A stretch of 64,000 nucleotides of DNA, from sequence record ON529858.1. The stretch is one strand, 5' to 3'. The notes beneath the pieces were generated by a model. The model was not told the origin of the DNA. It was given only the letters and a program-made list of their open reading frames with translations, and did not search any database. Each line of letters starts with the position of its first letter. Positions within the stretch are counted from its first letter, which is position 1. Shown here in pieces: positions 40,106 to 48,972 of the stretch. A program made the translations under genes and the position numbers.

Positions 40106-42747
40106 TGCTGCTGCTCGGAGCCACGGCCGCGTCCGGCCGACGTGTTACCTCGACCGGTCCTGGCGGCGGCGGCGGCGGGTCTGCGCTTCCCGTCCCGATG
40201 TTCGCGACGGGGCCTAAGCAGAACCCCGACGCCACCCTGAACGCGGCGAGCGCGACCCGCTACTTCAGCCCCAACGGCTCCTTCACCGGCTACGCCAGCG
40301 GCGCGACGCAATGGAAGACCGCCGAAGGGACGTGGCGCCCGCGCATCCACGCGGCCGGCATCCTGTCGAACTTCAGCCTCTACATCGGCACCAACGCGCG
40401 CACGACCCCGACGGTCTACACGCTCATGGTCAACGGCGTCGCCACCTCCGTCACCGCCACCGTCGCCGGCGGCGTGACCGGCTATGTCGACTTCACGGGC
40501 ACCGCCGCCGTCGCCCAGGGCGACCTCATCTCCATGCGGGTCGTGACCGGCACGGGCACGCAGAACATCGTCCTGAGCGCGCTCATGGGCGTCTTCACCG
40601 CGACCGGGGCCGATACGGTCAACCACCTGTTCTGCGCGGGCGACTACCACTACTCCCAGCCGACCGAAACCGGCCAAGCCGTTTCCTCGGTCCACGGCTC
40701 CAACGACTCCAACACGTTCGGCACGGGCTGGTCCTTCGTCTCCGGGGGCGCATCGTCCGTCCAAAAGGGCGCCAACGTGATCGGGACGGCCGGCGTCATC
40801 AGCCGCTTGCAGGTCGACATCCCGGTCAACACCAGCACCTCGACCTATCGGATCGAGATGTATAAGAACGGCTTGGCGACGGGCCTGTTCGTTCAGGTCG
40901 CTCCCGGCGCGACGGGCGTGTTCACTGACGACACCCACACCGTCACGGTCGCAGCGGGCGACAACATCGAATACCGCCGCAATGCCCTGGCGAGCGGGAC
41001 CGGCACGATCCAGATTGGCAATATGTGCTGCGGTCTGGTGACCACCGGCGGCTTCGACATCATGTCGGCGCGCGGCACGGGTTCGACGCTCCAGGGCTAT
41101 GCCGGCGTCAACAACTACCTCGGTCTCTCCCGGTTCGCCCCGGTCAACAACGACCCCGAGTTGATCGGATCGCGCCGGCACCGGATGCCGAAGCGCGCCA
41201 AGGCGACGAAGTTCATCGTCGACGCCAACTCCCAGAGCGCGACGGTGGCTTGGCCTGTGACGCTGATCCAGAACGGCGTCGACACCGAACTGAGCGTGTC
41301 CGTCCCGCAGCCTGACAACCGCTATGAACTGAGCGACACCGGCGCGGTCCAGGTCGCGGCCAACGATCGCTTGAACGTGAAGTTCAACACCAGCGGCTTT
41401 TCGTCGACCCCCCACGCCTTCACGATCTCTTTCGTCGATCCGGGCATCGAGCAGTTGAAGACCCCGATGTGGTCGACGACCCCCAATGCGTCGGTCAGCA
41501 GCGTCACCTTCCAGGCCGTCGCGCCCGGCTCGCGCTACTTCCGGCTGGGCGGCGCCCTGGCGCCCTACGCCGACTTCGCGTCGGTCCCCTACACCTCCGA
41601 GGGCGACTGGCGCTCGGCCGCCGGCGCGGCGGGCTCGATCTCGGGCCTGGGCGTGTTCGTCAGCCAGAACAACCGCACCGAAGCCTCCACCTTGACCCTG
41701 ATGGTCAACGGCGTGGCCTCGACGACCCAGACGATCAGCATTCCCGCCAACGGCACGGGCTGGTTCTCGGTCGCCGTCGACACGGCGCAGGCGGTCGCCA
41801 AGGACGATCTGCTGTCCGTCCGCCTGTCCTACGCGACCGGAGACTTCGGCACGATCGGCATCAACGCCCTGGAGGCCGCCTTCCTGGCGACCGACGGCAC
41901 GGTGGCGCATCACTACCTCCACGGCGACTACAACTCCGGCTCTGCCGCCCGCATTGCAGTGGCGTCGTCACAGGCGGGCGCCCCTGTCTCGGGCTCGGTG
42001 GCGGGCAACAGCTTCTCGGCGGGCTGGGGCTCGGTCGTCACCCCGTCTGCGGCCTCCTTCTTCGCCTCGCAGTTCTACACGCCGGGTGAAATCGGAGCCC
42101 TGCGGGCGCACGTCTTCTCCAATACGGCGACGCAACGGACGCTCCTGACGCTCTACAAGAATGGCGCCGCCACGGGGTTGAAGGTCGAAGTCCCCGCCGG
42201 CGCCACCGGCTTCTTCACCGACAGCATCAACCAGATCACGATCGCCACCGGCGACAAGTTGGAATGGCGCGTGCAGTTCCCGGACTTCGTCTCGGGCGAC
42301 ACGGGCGGCATCCAGTTCGGCAACATCCAGACCGTCGTCAAGACGGCGGTGGCCGCCTACGACATCGTGGCGGGCCGGTTCGGCGAGCAGTTGGGTTCGG
42401 ACACCGTCGACAAGTGGCACGGCCCATCGCGGATGCACCAGCGTGACGCCGACAACGTCTATATGACCAACCTGCGGATGCCGGCGGCGGGCAAGGTCAA
42501 GCGGCTCTTCGGGTCCGCGAACAACTACTCGGCCGGCACCGCCCCCTGGAACACCACCCTGGTCAAGAACGGAACCGACACGGCGCTCAGCATGATCCGG
42601 CCGGCGACGGGCGACATTGCCTTCATGCTGGCGGACTCCGTCGAGGTCGCATTCGCCAAGAGCGATCGCTTCAACGTCCGCTACCGCACCAACGCCCCGG
42701 TCCAGGAACTGATGTCGTGGGGCATGACGATCGGGTCGGCCGAATAG
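40105..42747 (+). CDS. Putative receptor-binding tail fibre with internal duplication (880 aa)
   Basis: Coupled to the previous gene; two ~430-aa homologous halves (TLMVNGVA.., YKNG.ATGL..VP.GATG.FTD). Confidence 0.7.
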   Translation: MLLLGATAASGRRVTSTGPGGGGGGSALPVPMFATGPKQNPDATLNAASATRYFSPNGSFTGYASGATQWKTAEGTWRPRIHAAGILSNFSLYIGTNARTTPTVYTLMVNGVATSVTATVAGGVTGYVDFTGTAAVAQGDLISMRVVTGTGTQNIVLSALMGVFTATGADTVNHLFCAGDYHYSQPTETGQAVSSVHGSNDSNTFGTGWSFVSGGASSVQKGANVIGTAGVISRLQVDIPVNTSTSTYRIEMYKNGLATGLFVQVAPGATGVFTDDTHTVTVAAGDNIEYRRNALASGTGTIQIGNMCCGLVTTGGFDIMSARGTGSTLQGYAGVNNYLGLSRFAPVNNDPELIGSRRHRMPKRAKATKFIVDANSQSATVAWPVTLIQNGVDTELSVSVPQPDNRYELSDTGAVQVAANDRLNVKFNTSGFSSTPHAFTISFVDPGIEQLKTPMWSTTPNASVSSVTFQAVAPGSRYFRLGGALAPYADFASVPYTSEGDWRSAAGAAGSISGLGVFVSQNNRTEASTLTLMVNGVASTTQTISIPANGTGWFSVAVDTAQAVAKDDLLSVRLSYATGDFGTIGINALEAAFLATDGTVAHHYLHGDYNSGSAARIAVASSQAGAPVSGSVAGNSFSAGWGSVVTPSAASFFASQFYTPGEIGALRAHVFSNTATQRTLLTLYKNGAATGLKVEVPAGATGFFTDSINQITIATGDKLEWRVQFPDFVSGDTGGIQFGNIQTVVKTAVAAYDIVAGRFGEQLGSDTVDKWHGPSRMHQRDADNVYMTNLRMPAAGKVKRLFGSANNYSAGTAPWNTTLVKNGTDTALSMIRPATGDIAFMLADSVEVAFAKSDRFNVRYRTNAPVQELMSWGMTIGSAE

Positions 42748-42817
42748 GTCGTGAATCTTGACGTTAACCCCGATTCGTGCCATGGTTCCGGGCTTTTCGA
42801 AAAGAGTCAATCCCCTC

Positions 42818-43459
42818 ATGCAAGTTTCCGCCAACGGCCTCAAGCTGATCCAGGCCTGGGAAGGCATCGAAGATGGCAACCCCGCCACCGTCGATCTCGA
42901 ACCCTACATCTGCCCGGCCAAGGTCTACACCGTGGGCTGGGGTCACGTCCTGACGACGCCGGCCGGCGCCCAGATCGACGTTGACGTCTTCAAGCCGACC
43001 CGCGCGCGCCAACTGGCGGCGGAAGCGATGATCCGCACCTTCGGCAAGCCGGCGATCACCATGGCCGAGGCCGAAGCGCTTCTGCGCCGCGACGTCGCCA
43101 AGTTCGAGCGCTACGTCGAGACCGCGATCGGCGCGAACAACGCCACGCCGGCGCAGTTCGACGCCATGGTCTCCTTCACCTTCAACTGCGGACCGGCGAA
43201 CTTCAACGCTTCGTCCATCAAGCGCCTGCACCTCCAGGGCAAGCGCACCGTCGGCGACGTCTCGCTGTCGACGATGTGCCGCGAGTCCAAGGCCAAGGCC
43301 GCGACCAACACCATCCCCCGCGCCTTCTGCGCGTGGTCGAACGCGAACAAGAAGTGGATGCTGGGCCTGTTCCGGCGCCGCGTCTCCGAACTGCTGATCT
43401 ACGGCGGCCATGACGCCGCCACGGCGCTGCGCACGGCCCAGAACTTCAAGGGCTGCTAA
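42818..43459 (+). CDS. Endolysin, GH24 phage lysozyme (213 aa)
   Basis: GLKLIQAWEG, YICPAKVYTVGWGH, QFDAMVSFTFNCG, GLFRRR..E. Confidence 0.92.
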   Translation: MQVSANGLKLIQAWEGIEDGNPATVDLEPYICPAKVYTVGWGHVLTTPAGAQIDVDVFKPTRARQLAAEAMIRTFGKPAITMAEAEALLRRDVAKFERYVETAIGANNATPAQFDAMVSFTFNCGPANFNASSIKRLHLQGKRTVGDVSLSTMCRESKAKAATNTIPRAFCAWSNANKKWMLGLFRRRVSELLIYGGHDAATALRTAQNFKGC

Positions 43460-43463
43460 GCCC

Positions 43464-43970
43464 ATGGGGACCAGCTTCAAGCAGGGCATGTCGAAGATCG
43501 GGAAGTGGATCGCACGCACGGTCGACACCCTCTGCGACCGCCCGGATCACCTTCAACGTCTGTCGATCATCGGTTCGGGGATTTCGATCTTCCCGATGAT
43601 CGCGTCGATGGTCGCCCTGCTGGTCTTCTTTGGCCTGCGGACCGACGTGCTCGCCGAGATGGTCGTGCCGATCCTGGGCTACGTCACCTATGGGATGCTG
43701 ATGCTGTTCGCCCTGGCGCAGATCGCGCTCCTGGGGATCATCCGGGGCTTCCGGGTCAACGGCCCTGGCGGCTTCGGGGTCGAGATCGAGACCACGTCCG
43801 GTGATGACGACGACGCGCCAACGACCACGACGAAGGTCACCGTGCCGGTCGCCATTCCTGAGCCTATCCCTGCCCCCGTCACCCCGCGCGGCCGGCGTGA
43901 GGCGGAGGCGGCTGAAGACGCCACCTTCGATCGCACCGCCGAAGACCGCCTGCCGGAGATCAAGCCGTGA
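43464..43970 (+). CDS. Putative holin (two TM helices, 168 aa)
   Basis: Immediately after the endolysin; two long hydrophobic segments and a charged tail. Confidence 0.6.
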   Translation: MGTSFKQGMSKIGKWIARTVDTLCDRPDHLQRLSIIGSGISIFPMIASMVALLVFFGLRTDVLAEMVVPILGYVTYGMLMLFALAQIALLGIIRGFRVNGPGGFGVEIETTSGDDDDAPTTTTKVTVPVAIPEPIPAPVTPRGRREAEAAEDATFDRTAEDRLPEIKP

Positions 43971-44443
43971 TGCACCTGCTCTTCACCCTACTCTTCAACC
44001 CGGCGTCGCTGATCGTCTACGCCCTGGTGGCGGCGGCGTTCGTCGCCGTCTGGTTCATCCTGGGTCCGGTCCGGTTCTGGCTCATCGCCAAGAACTGGAA
44101 GACCTGGGCGCTGATCCTGGGCGCCTGCGCGATCGTCTCCTACTCGAACATGGCCGCCCGCGTCGACAAGGCCGAGGACAAGGTCGAGCAGGTCGAGATC
44201 ATCGACGAGGCCAAGGACGACAACGCCGTCATCACCGCAAACCGCAACACCCAGCGCCAGACCCGAAACACTGAGCGCGCCCGACAGCAAGAGGCCATCA
44301 CCAATGCCGCACCCGGACAAGAACTCGACGACCTACTCGATGAGATCGCTCGCCAAGAAGGCCGCACCGCTCCTGGCGGCGGGAAGCCTGCTCCTGAGCC
44401 TGAGCGCGTGCGCGACGGCCCCGACGGGGTGGTTCTCCCCTGA
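43967..44443 (+). CDS. Putative inner-membrane spanin (158 aa)
   Basis: N-terminal TM segments then a coiled-coil periplasmic region; overlaps a lipoprotein gene. Confidence 0.7.
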   Translation: MMHLLFTLLFNPASLIVYALVAAAFVAVWFILGPVRFWLIAKNWKTWALILGACAIVSYSNMAARVDKAEDKVEQVEIIDEAKDDNAVITANRNTQRQTRNTERARQQEAITNAAPGQELDDLLDEIARQEGRTAPGGGKPAPEPERVRDGPDGVVLP

Positions 44444-44708
44444 CGATCTCTATCCTGACGCGATCACCTCGTGCCAGGACCTGCCGACTGTCCCTGAGCG
44501 CCCCGCGCCCGGCGTCGCCCGCCCGCCCGAGGTCCAGGCCAACTACGTCGCCGATCTGCACGGCACGGCCGTCGACTGCAAGGACACCGTGGGCGCCACG
44601 GCTGACCGCAAGCAGGCCTACGCCCGCCGCTACGAGCAGCACAACTACAACCTCGCTCAGCGCTGGTGGCGCCGGGCGACGGGTTCCGCAACCACCAACC
44701 AGGAGTAG
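44340..44708 (+). CDS. Putative outer-membrane spanin lipoprotein (122 aa)
   Basis: MRSLAKKAAPLLAAGSLLLSLSA-C lipobox, Pro-rich; overlaps the i-spanin 3' end. Confidence 0.75.
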   Translation: MRSLAKKAAPLLAAGSLLLSLSACATAPTGWFSPDDLYPDAITSCQDLPTVPERPAPGVARPPEVQANYVADLHGTAVDCKDTVGATADRKQAYARRYEQHNYNLAQRWWRRATGSATTNQE

Positions 44709-44712
44709 GCCC

Positions 44713-44904
44713 ATGGCCGGCGACAACGACATCATCACCCGCGAGGGCTGGGGCGGCAACGGCATCGGCGACGGTGGCGGCGGCTGCATCTCCCCGACCA
44801 CCGGCGGCATCGGCGACGGCGGCACTACCTGCATCGGCGACGGCGGCACTACCTGCATCGGCGACGGTGGCACGGGCTGCGTGTCGCCGATCAAGGACGA
44901 CTGA
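44713..44904 (+). CDS. 63-aa IGDGGxxC repeat peptide
   Basis: AGGAG RBS; four IGDGG-x-x-C units. Confidence 0.65.
   Translation: MAGDNDIITREGWGGNGIGDGGGGCISPTTGGIGDGGTTCIGDGGTTCIGDGGTGCVSPIKDD
44807..44878 (+). repeat. 24-bp tandem repeat (two exact copies plus one variant; a fourth variant at 44762-44785)
   Basis: Unit GCATCGGCGACGGCGGCACTACCT. Confidence 0.9.
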
Positions 44905-44935
44905 CCTTTCCCACCTGCTTTTCCCTGAGCGCGCT

Positions 44936-45187
44936 ATGACCGACACCACGAAGCCGCGCGATCCCCGCAGAGCCGAGACCCTAGACGAAGCGGCCCGCAA
45001 CGCCGACGGCTCCTACAACGGGGCCGCGATGCTGTCGTGGCTCAGCGAATGCCTCCAGCCTGGGAACGGGTTGACCGAGACGGAGATCAGAGAGATTTTC
45101 GACGAGGTCCAGACCGGACAGGAACTGCTCACGCAGCAGTTCTACGTCAACCCCGTGCCGATGAGCCGACGCAACACCGGCGGATAA
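44936..45187 (+). CDS. Hypothetical protein (83 aa)
   Basis: Plausible codon usage; follows the lysis cassette. Confidence 0.55.
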   Translation: MTDTTKPRDPRRAETLDEAARNADGSYNGAAMLSWLSECLQPGNGLTETEIREIFDEVQTGQELLTQQFYVNPVPMSRRNTGG

Positions 45188-45200
45188 TCAGCGACGCATA

Positions 45201-45241
45201 GCGTCGTCGATCTTGACAGCGAGCCCTTTTTAGTGTAGGCC
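45201..45241 (+). promoter_or_regulatory. Promoter with conserved motif driving an apparently non-coding transcript
   Basis: GCGTCGTCGATC-TTGACA(45213)-N17-TAGGCC; shares TAGTGTAG with the 13032 promoter. Confidence 0.7.
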
Positions 45242-45244
45242 TCA

Positions 45245-45640
45245 TCCTCTTGCTGGGGACCAACCTCTCCAGACACCGACAGGATGGCTCGTGCTCGTGC
45301 TTCGCAGGCGGGTTGCGACCAAAGCGGTAACCGGCAATCTGAAGCCGGCCACACGCGGGACCCCGACTGGAACGTCGGGCAACCACATTTGAACAGGTCA
45401 CTACGCCCCCAAGGGGCCTGTGTCTGCGGCGCTCCTGGAGTAGGCTCGGGGCTGTCCGCTAGAGGGAACTGAACGCTTGAGCGGCGCCGGCCGCGATAGT
45501 CCCTCGCCGCCCCAGACGTGGGGTTCACGCGCGATGCGGGATAAGGCACGGAAACTGCCAAAGTGTGAAGCGTGCCATCGTTGAGGGTTTCCCCCATACG
45601 ATGAGGCCCGCCCGGTTCGCCGGGCGGGCCTTCTTTCGTT
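45245..45640 (+). ncRNA. Candidate ~390-nt structured ncRNA
   Basis: Bounded by a promoter and a strong terminator; many short hairpins; only an atypical 62-aa ORF. Confidence 0.4.
45604..45640 (+). terminator. Intrinsic terminator at the junction of convergent modules
   Basis: AGGCCCGCCCGG-TTCG-CCGGGCGGGCCT followed by TCTTTCGTT. Confidence 0.85.
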
Positions 45641-45663
45641 CTGACAGCCGCGTTTCGTGACTC

Positions 45664-46491
45664 TCAGCAGATGCCTATCTTGCCGATCACCGCGCCGAGG
45701 ATGTTGATCTCGCCGGGCTCGACCTCGACAAAGGACCTGTCGGCCGAGTAGACCTTGTAGGGTCCGCCGCGCGCCGGACGGGAGACGTTCGCCGCCATCA
45801 ACTGATCATTCCAGCCGAAGACGAACTCGGCCGCGCCGCGCCCAGGCTCTTCCTCGCGCCTGATGACCGCCATGTCGCCGGGCTTCAGGGTGGGAGAGAA
45901 GTCGTCGACCTGGGCCAGGACGATCTCGTGCGGCGCCGCGTCGAAACGCTCCTTCAGGAAGGCCGGATCGAACGACCACAGGCTCTTGCGATCGAAGTGG
46001 TCGAGGTTCGGCGTGCGCTTGGCGGCGTCGTCGGCGTCGACCGGCTCGAACGTGTCGACCTTGGGGTTGTAGGTGACCTGCTCGATCGGGTGCGGCTCGC
46101 CCTCGCCGGCGGCGATGTAACCGACGGTGGACTTGAGGGTTTTGGCGATCTGTGCGATGACTGGAATGGTCGGTTTGACCTGATCAATCTCATACATGTT
46201 GTAAGCTGGCCGCGACAGACGAGTGGTCTGACCCTCGCGCTTGCCGCTCTTGTGCTCAAGCGTCACCGTCTTGGCGACGTCGTCGCTCTTGAGGCCCAGG
46301 GCCAGTCGAAGGGCGGTGATGCGCTGTCCGACGGTCTGCGGGTTCTCCAGAGCGGAGCCCTTGACGATCATGGACCCGACGCGGTGTGGCGTCTTCGTGG
46401 GCGGCGACATTGGCGGCTCCGACTTCCGGGAGCGGGTCGGCGCCTTGGCGCGGGCTCGCTTGGTGTTCGTTTCTTCAGCAGCTTGCATCAT
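45664..46491 (-). CDS. XRE-family HTH regulator with S24-like C-terminal domain (275 aa)
   Basis: VGQRITALRLALGLKSDDVAK...LSRPAYNMYE....KPT...IAKTL; C-terminal DDFSPTLKPGDMAVI. Confidence 0.8.
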   Translation of the reverse strand: MMQAAEETNTKRARAKAPTRSRKSEPPMSPPTKTPHRVGSMIVKGSALENPQTVGQRITALRLALGLKSDDVAKTVTLEHKSGKREGQTTRLSRPAYNMYEIDQVKPTIPVIAQIAKTLKSTVGYIAAGEGEPHPIEQVTYNPKVDTFEPVDADDAAKRTPNLDHFDRKSLWSFDPAFLKERFDAAPHEIVLAQVDDFSPTLKPGDMAVIRREEEPGRGAAEFVFGWNDQLMAANVSRPARGGPYKVYSADRSFVEVEPGEINILGAVIGKIGIC

Positions 46492-46778
46492 GTCTATATA
46501 CCCCTTTGCTCAGGCCGCCCACAACGTCAAGAAAACTACGCTCTCGACTGCCGGTTCCGATCCTGTGTCAATAAAACTGTCAGAGCGGTATGTAGCCGAT
46601 CCTTGGCAACACATCAAGGCCAAGGGCAAGAAAAAGTGCAGACCGACGTGAAAAAGGCGTTGACACGATGCCAACGCCTTGATTTCAAACGAAAAGAAAA
46701 TCCACAGTCTGTGGATAACCGGCATACCGACGGTGCGTGTAACGGCGTTCTAACCCGTATGGGGGAGGTTCGGAGCGC

Positions 46779-47417
46779 CTACGATCCTGTCGAGCCGAAC
46801 CCGCCCTGACCACGCTCGGTCGTGTCAAGCGCCGCGACCTCATCGGGTTCAGCGATGACGCACTGCTCGAAAATGATCTGAGCGACGCGGTCGCCGGGCT
46901 GGATGACGAAGACCTCGTCGCGGGTGCCCGACACCAGGACGACCCTGATCTCGCCGGTGTAGTCGGCGTCGACCACACCGCCGATGACGTCCAGGCCCTG
47001 CTTGGCGGCGAGCCCGGACCGGCCGGCGATGCGCCCGTAGCAGCCCTCGGGCGGCGTCATGGCGATCCCGGTGGGGATGATGTGGCGCGAGCCGGAGTAG
47101 AACTCCAGCGGCGTGTCGCCGTCATAGTGCAGGTCCAGGCCGGCGGAGTTCGGCGAGCCCCGCGTCGGGATGGTCGCGGACGGCCGCACCTTCATGACCG
47201 AGAACTTGACCTTGCGCTCGTGTGGAATCATGGCGTCAATGGCCTCCCAGGTGAAGACGGCGACACTGCCGTCGATCTGGGCTACACCGACGCGGTCCTC
47301 GGCGCCATACAGAACCTCGACCGTGCCGTAGCCGGCCTCCCTCATCCGCTTGGCGAGACGGTGGGCGCGCTCCTGGTGGTCGATCCGCTTGAACGTGACG
47401 TAGCTGTTGGTCGCCAT
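46779..47417 (-). CDS. dut: dUTPase with N-terminal extension (212 aa)
   Basis: SAGLDL, GRIAGRSG, GVVDADYTGEI, GDRVAQ, RGQGGFGSTG; ATG at 47417. Confidence 0.92.
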   Translation of the reverse strand: MATNSYVTFKRIDHQERAHRLAKRMREAGYGTVEVLYGAEDRVGVAQIDGSVAVFTWEAIDAMIPHERKVKFSVMKVRPSATIPTRGSPNSAGLDLHYDGDTPLEFYSGSRHIIPTGIAMTPPEGCYGRIAGRSGLAAKQGLDVIGGVVDADYTGEIRVVLVSGTRDEVFVIQPGDRVAQIIFEQCVIAEPDEVAALDTTERGQGGFGSTGS

Positions 47418-48721
47418 CAGGCGGCTCCGTTGACTTCTTGGGTGAAGGCGTCGGCGCCGCCAACGAACCGGATCACATCTCCGGACACGCTGTCGATCTC
47501 GAACACCATGGGAAACGTCTTCCAGCCGTCGTAGGCCTTCTTGATCTCTTCCCGCTTCAGGCGGTCGTCGATCTGGATGACCTCGTGCCGCAGGCCCTTG
47601 TCCGAGGCGAGCGCCTTGGCGCGAACGCAGTGCGGGCAGTCCGGCATCGTCAGGATGCGGTAGGTCGTCGCCACGCTCTTCTCGGTCGTGGTCCGCGTCA
47701 GCTTCTCGATCAGCAGGGCCTTGGAGCGATCGTGGTCCATGAAGGCGAAGGCCTTGTCCCAGCCCTTGACGCCGCCCTTGCCGTATTCGGTCGAGCGGCC
47801 TTCGAAGAAGTTGGTGTGCGTCGGCGCGTTCATGATCCAGTCGAGCCAGGGGAAGGGGTTTTCCTTCTGGCCGTAGTTCGGCTTCAGGCCGAGTTGGATC
47901 AGGCGGCGGTCGGCGATGTAGCGAATGTATTCCTTGGCTTGACCGATGGTGACGCCCATCATGGTCTTCTCGCCCGACGCATCCACCTCGGCGAAGGTGT
48001 AGGCTTGGTCGATGAAGGCGTCTTCCAGCGTGACCATGTCGCGGCAGGCTTGGTAGATGCGCTTCTTGGTCTCGTCGTTCCAGGTGCGCGGGTGCTCCTT
48101 GACCACCGCGTGCATCAGCTTGATCATCGACGCGACGTGGTGCGACTCGTCGCGGATCGACCACTCGACGATCGTGGTCATGCCCTTCATCAGGCCCTGG
48201 CGCTGGAAGTTCATCAGCAGCGCGAAGCTGGAGAACAACTGCATCCCTTCGCCGAAGGCCGAGAAGACGGCGATGTCGACGACCAGATCGGCGATCGACT
48301 TGCCGGTCTCGCGCTCCGCCATATACTCGTGCTTCTCGCGCATCGCTTCATAGGCCTGGAAGGCCTGATATTCGCTTTCCGGGATGCCGAGCGTGTCGAT
48401 CAGGGTGGAGTAGGCGTGGATGTGGTTCGCCTCGGCCGTGGCGAAGGACGACAGCATCATGCGCAGTTCGGGGTGCTTGAACCGGGGCAGATACTTCTCG
48501 ATGTATGCCGCCGCCACATCAACGTCAGCTTGTGTGAAGAACCTGAACAACTGAGTCAAGAACTCGCGCTGAGCGACCGTCAGCTTCGTGTTCCAGTCCA
48601 GCAGGTCGTCAGCCATCGGGCTCTCGTGCGGGAGCCAGTGCATCGCCTGCATGACCTCGTAGGCCTCGAACGCCCACGGGTAGGAGAAGGGCTTGTAGAA
48701 GTCGCGGGATTCGAGAATCAT
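47417..48721 (-). CDS. nrdB: Ribonucleotide reductase class Ia beta subunit fused to C-terminal glutaredoxin (434 aa)
   Basis: YKPF.YPW, FTQAD..V, EANHIHAYS, EGMQLFSSF, RDESHH; C-terminal CPHCVRAK...KTFPMVF. Confidence 0.93.
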   Translation of the reverse strand: MILESRDFYKPFSYPWAFEAYEVMQAMHWLPHESPMADDLLDWNTKLTVAQREFLTQLFRFFTQADVDVAAAYIEKYLPRFKHPELRMMLSSFATAEANHIHAYSTLIDTLGIPESEYQAFQAYEAMREKHEYMAERETGKSIADLVVDIAVFSAFGEGMQLFSSFALLMNFQRQGLMKGMTTIVEWSIRDESHHVASMIKLMHAVVKEHPRTWNDETKKRIYQACRDMVTLEDAFIDQAYTFAEVDASGEKTMMGVTIGQAKEYIRYIADRRLIQLGLKPNYGQKENPFPWLDWIMNAPTHTNFFEGRSTEYGKGGVKGWDKAFAFMDHDRSKALLIEKLTRTTTEKSVATTYRILTMPDCPHCVRAKALASDKGLRHEVIQIDDRLKREEIKKAYDGWKTFPMVFEIDSVSGDVIRFVGGADAFTQEVNGAA

Positions 48722-48972
48722 GGTGTCGTTGTTGCCTTGGCGAGACCTGCACGCCGGCGCCGGCGGAGGTTATGGATGTGGAAGCCGCCGATGATGAATC
48801 CCTGAGCCAGGAGGAACCAGGAGTGGGTCATCAGCGCGAAGATGGTCCAGGGGATGATCGAACCGAGGTTCAGCCAGAGCCCTAGACGTTGCTGCTCGCC
48901 GTCGCGGCCCAGGAGCCATAGTGACGTGATCACCATGACCGACCCGACCGCTTCGGCGATGTGGACAAGCAT
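48718..48972 (-). CDS. Small multi-pass membrane protein (84 aa; PnuC-like)
   Basis: Three hydrophobic segments; W.....LG....W....WFL pattern. Confidence 0.55.
   Translation of the reverse strand: MLVHIAEAVGSVMVITSLWLLGRDGEQQRLGLWLNLGSIIPWTIFALMTHSWFLLAQGFIIGGFHIHNLRRRRRAGLAKATTTP

Noticed and set aside
44762-44878. CRISPR array or RiPP cluster
   Set aside because: Tandem repeats without unique spacers; no modifying enzymes or transporter nearby.
45330-45505. Group I intron (GGCAATCTGAAGCC and GATAGTCC resemble Q and S elements)
   Set aside because: No P element pairing or correct P7 G-site, and no interrupted host gene.
46779-48164. 461-aa ORF as listed in the track
   Set aside because: Its 5' part overlaps nrdB out of frame; the true dut start is 47417.
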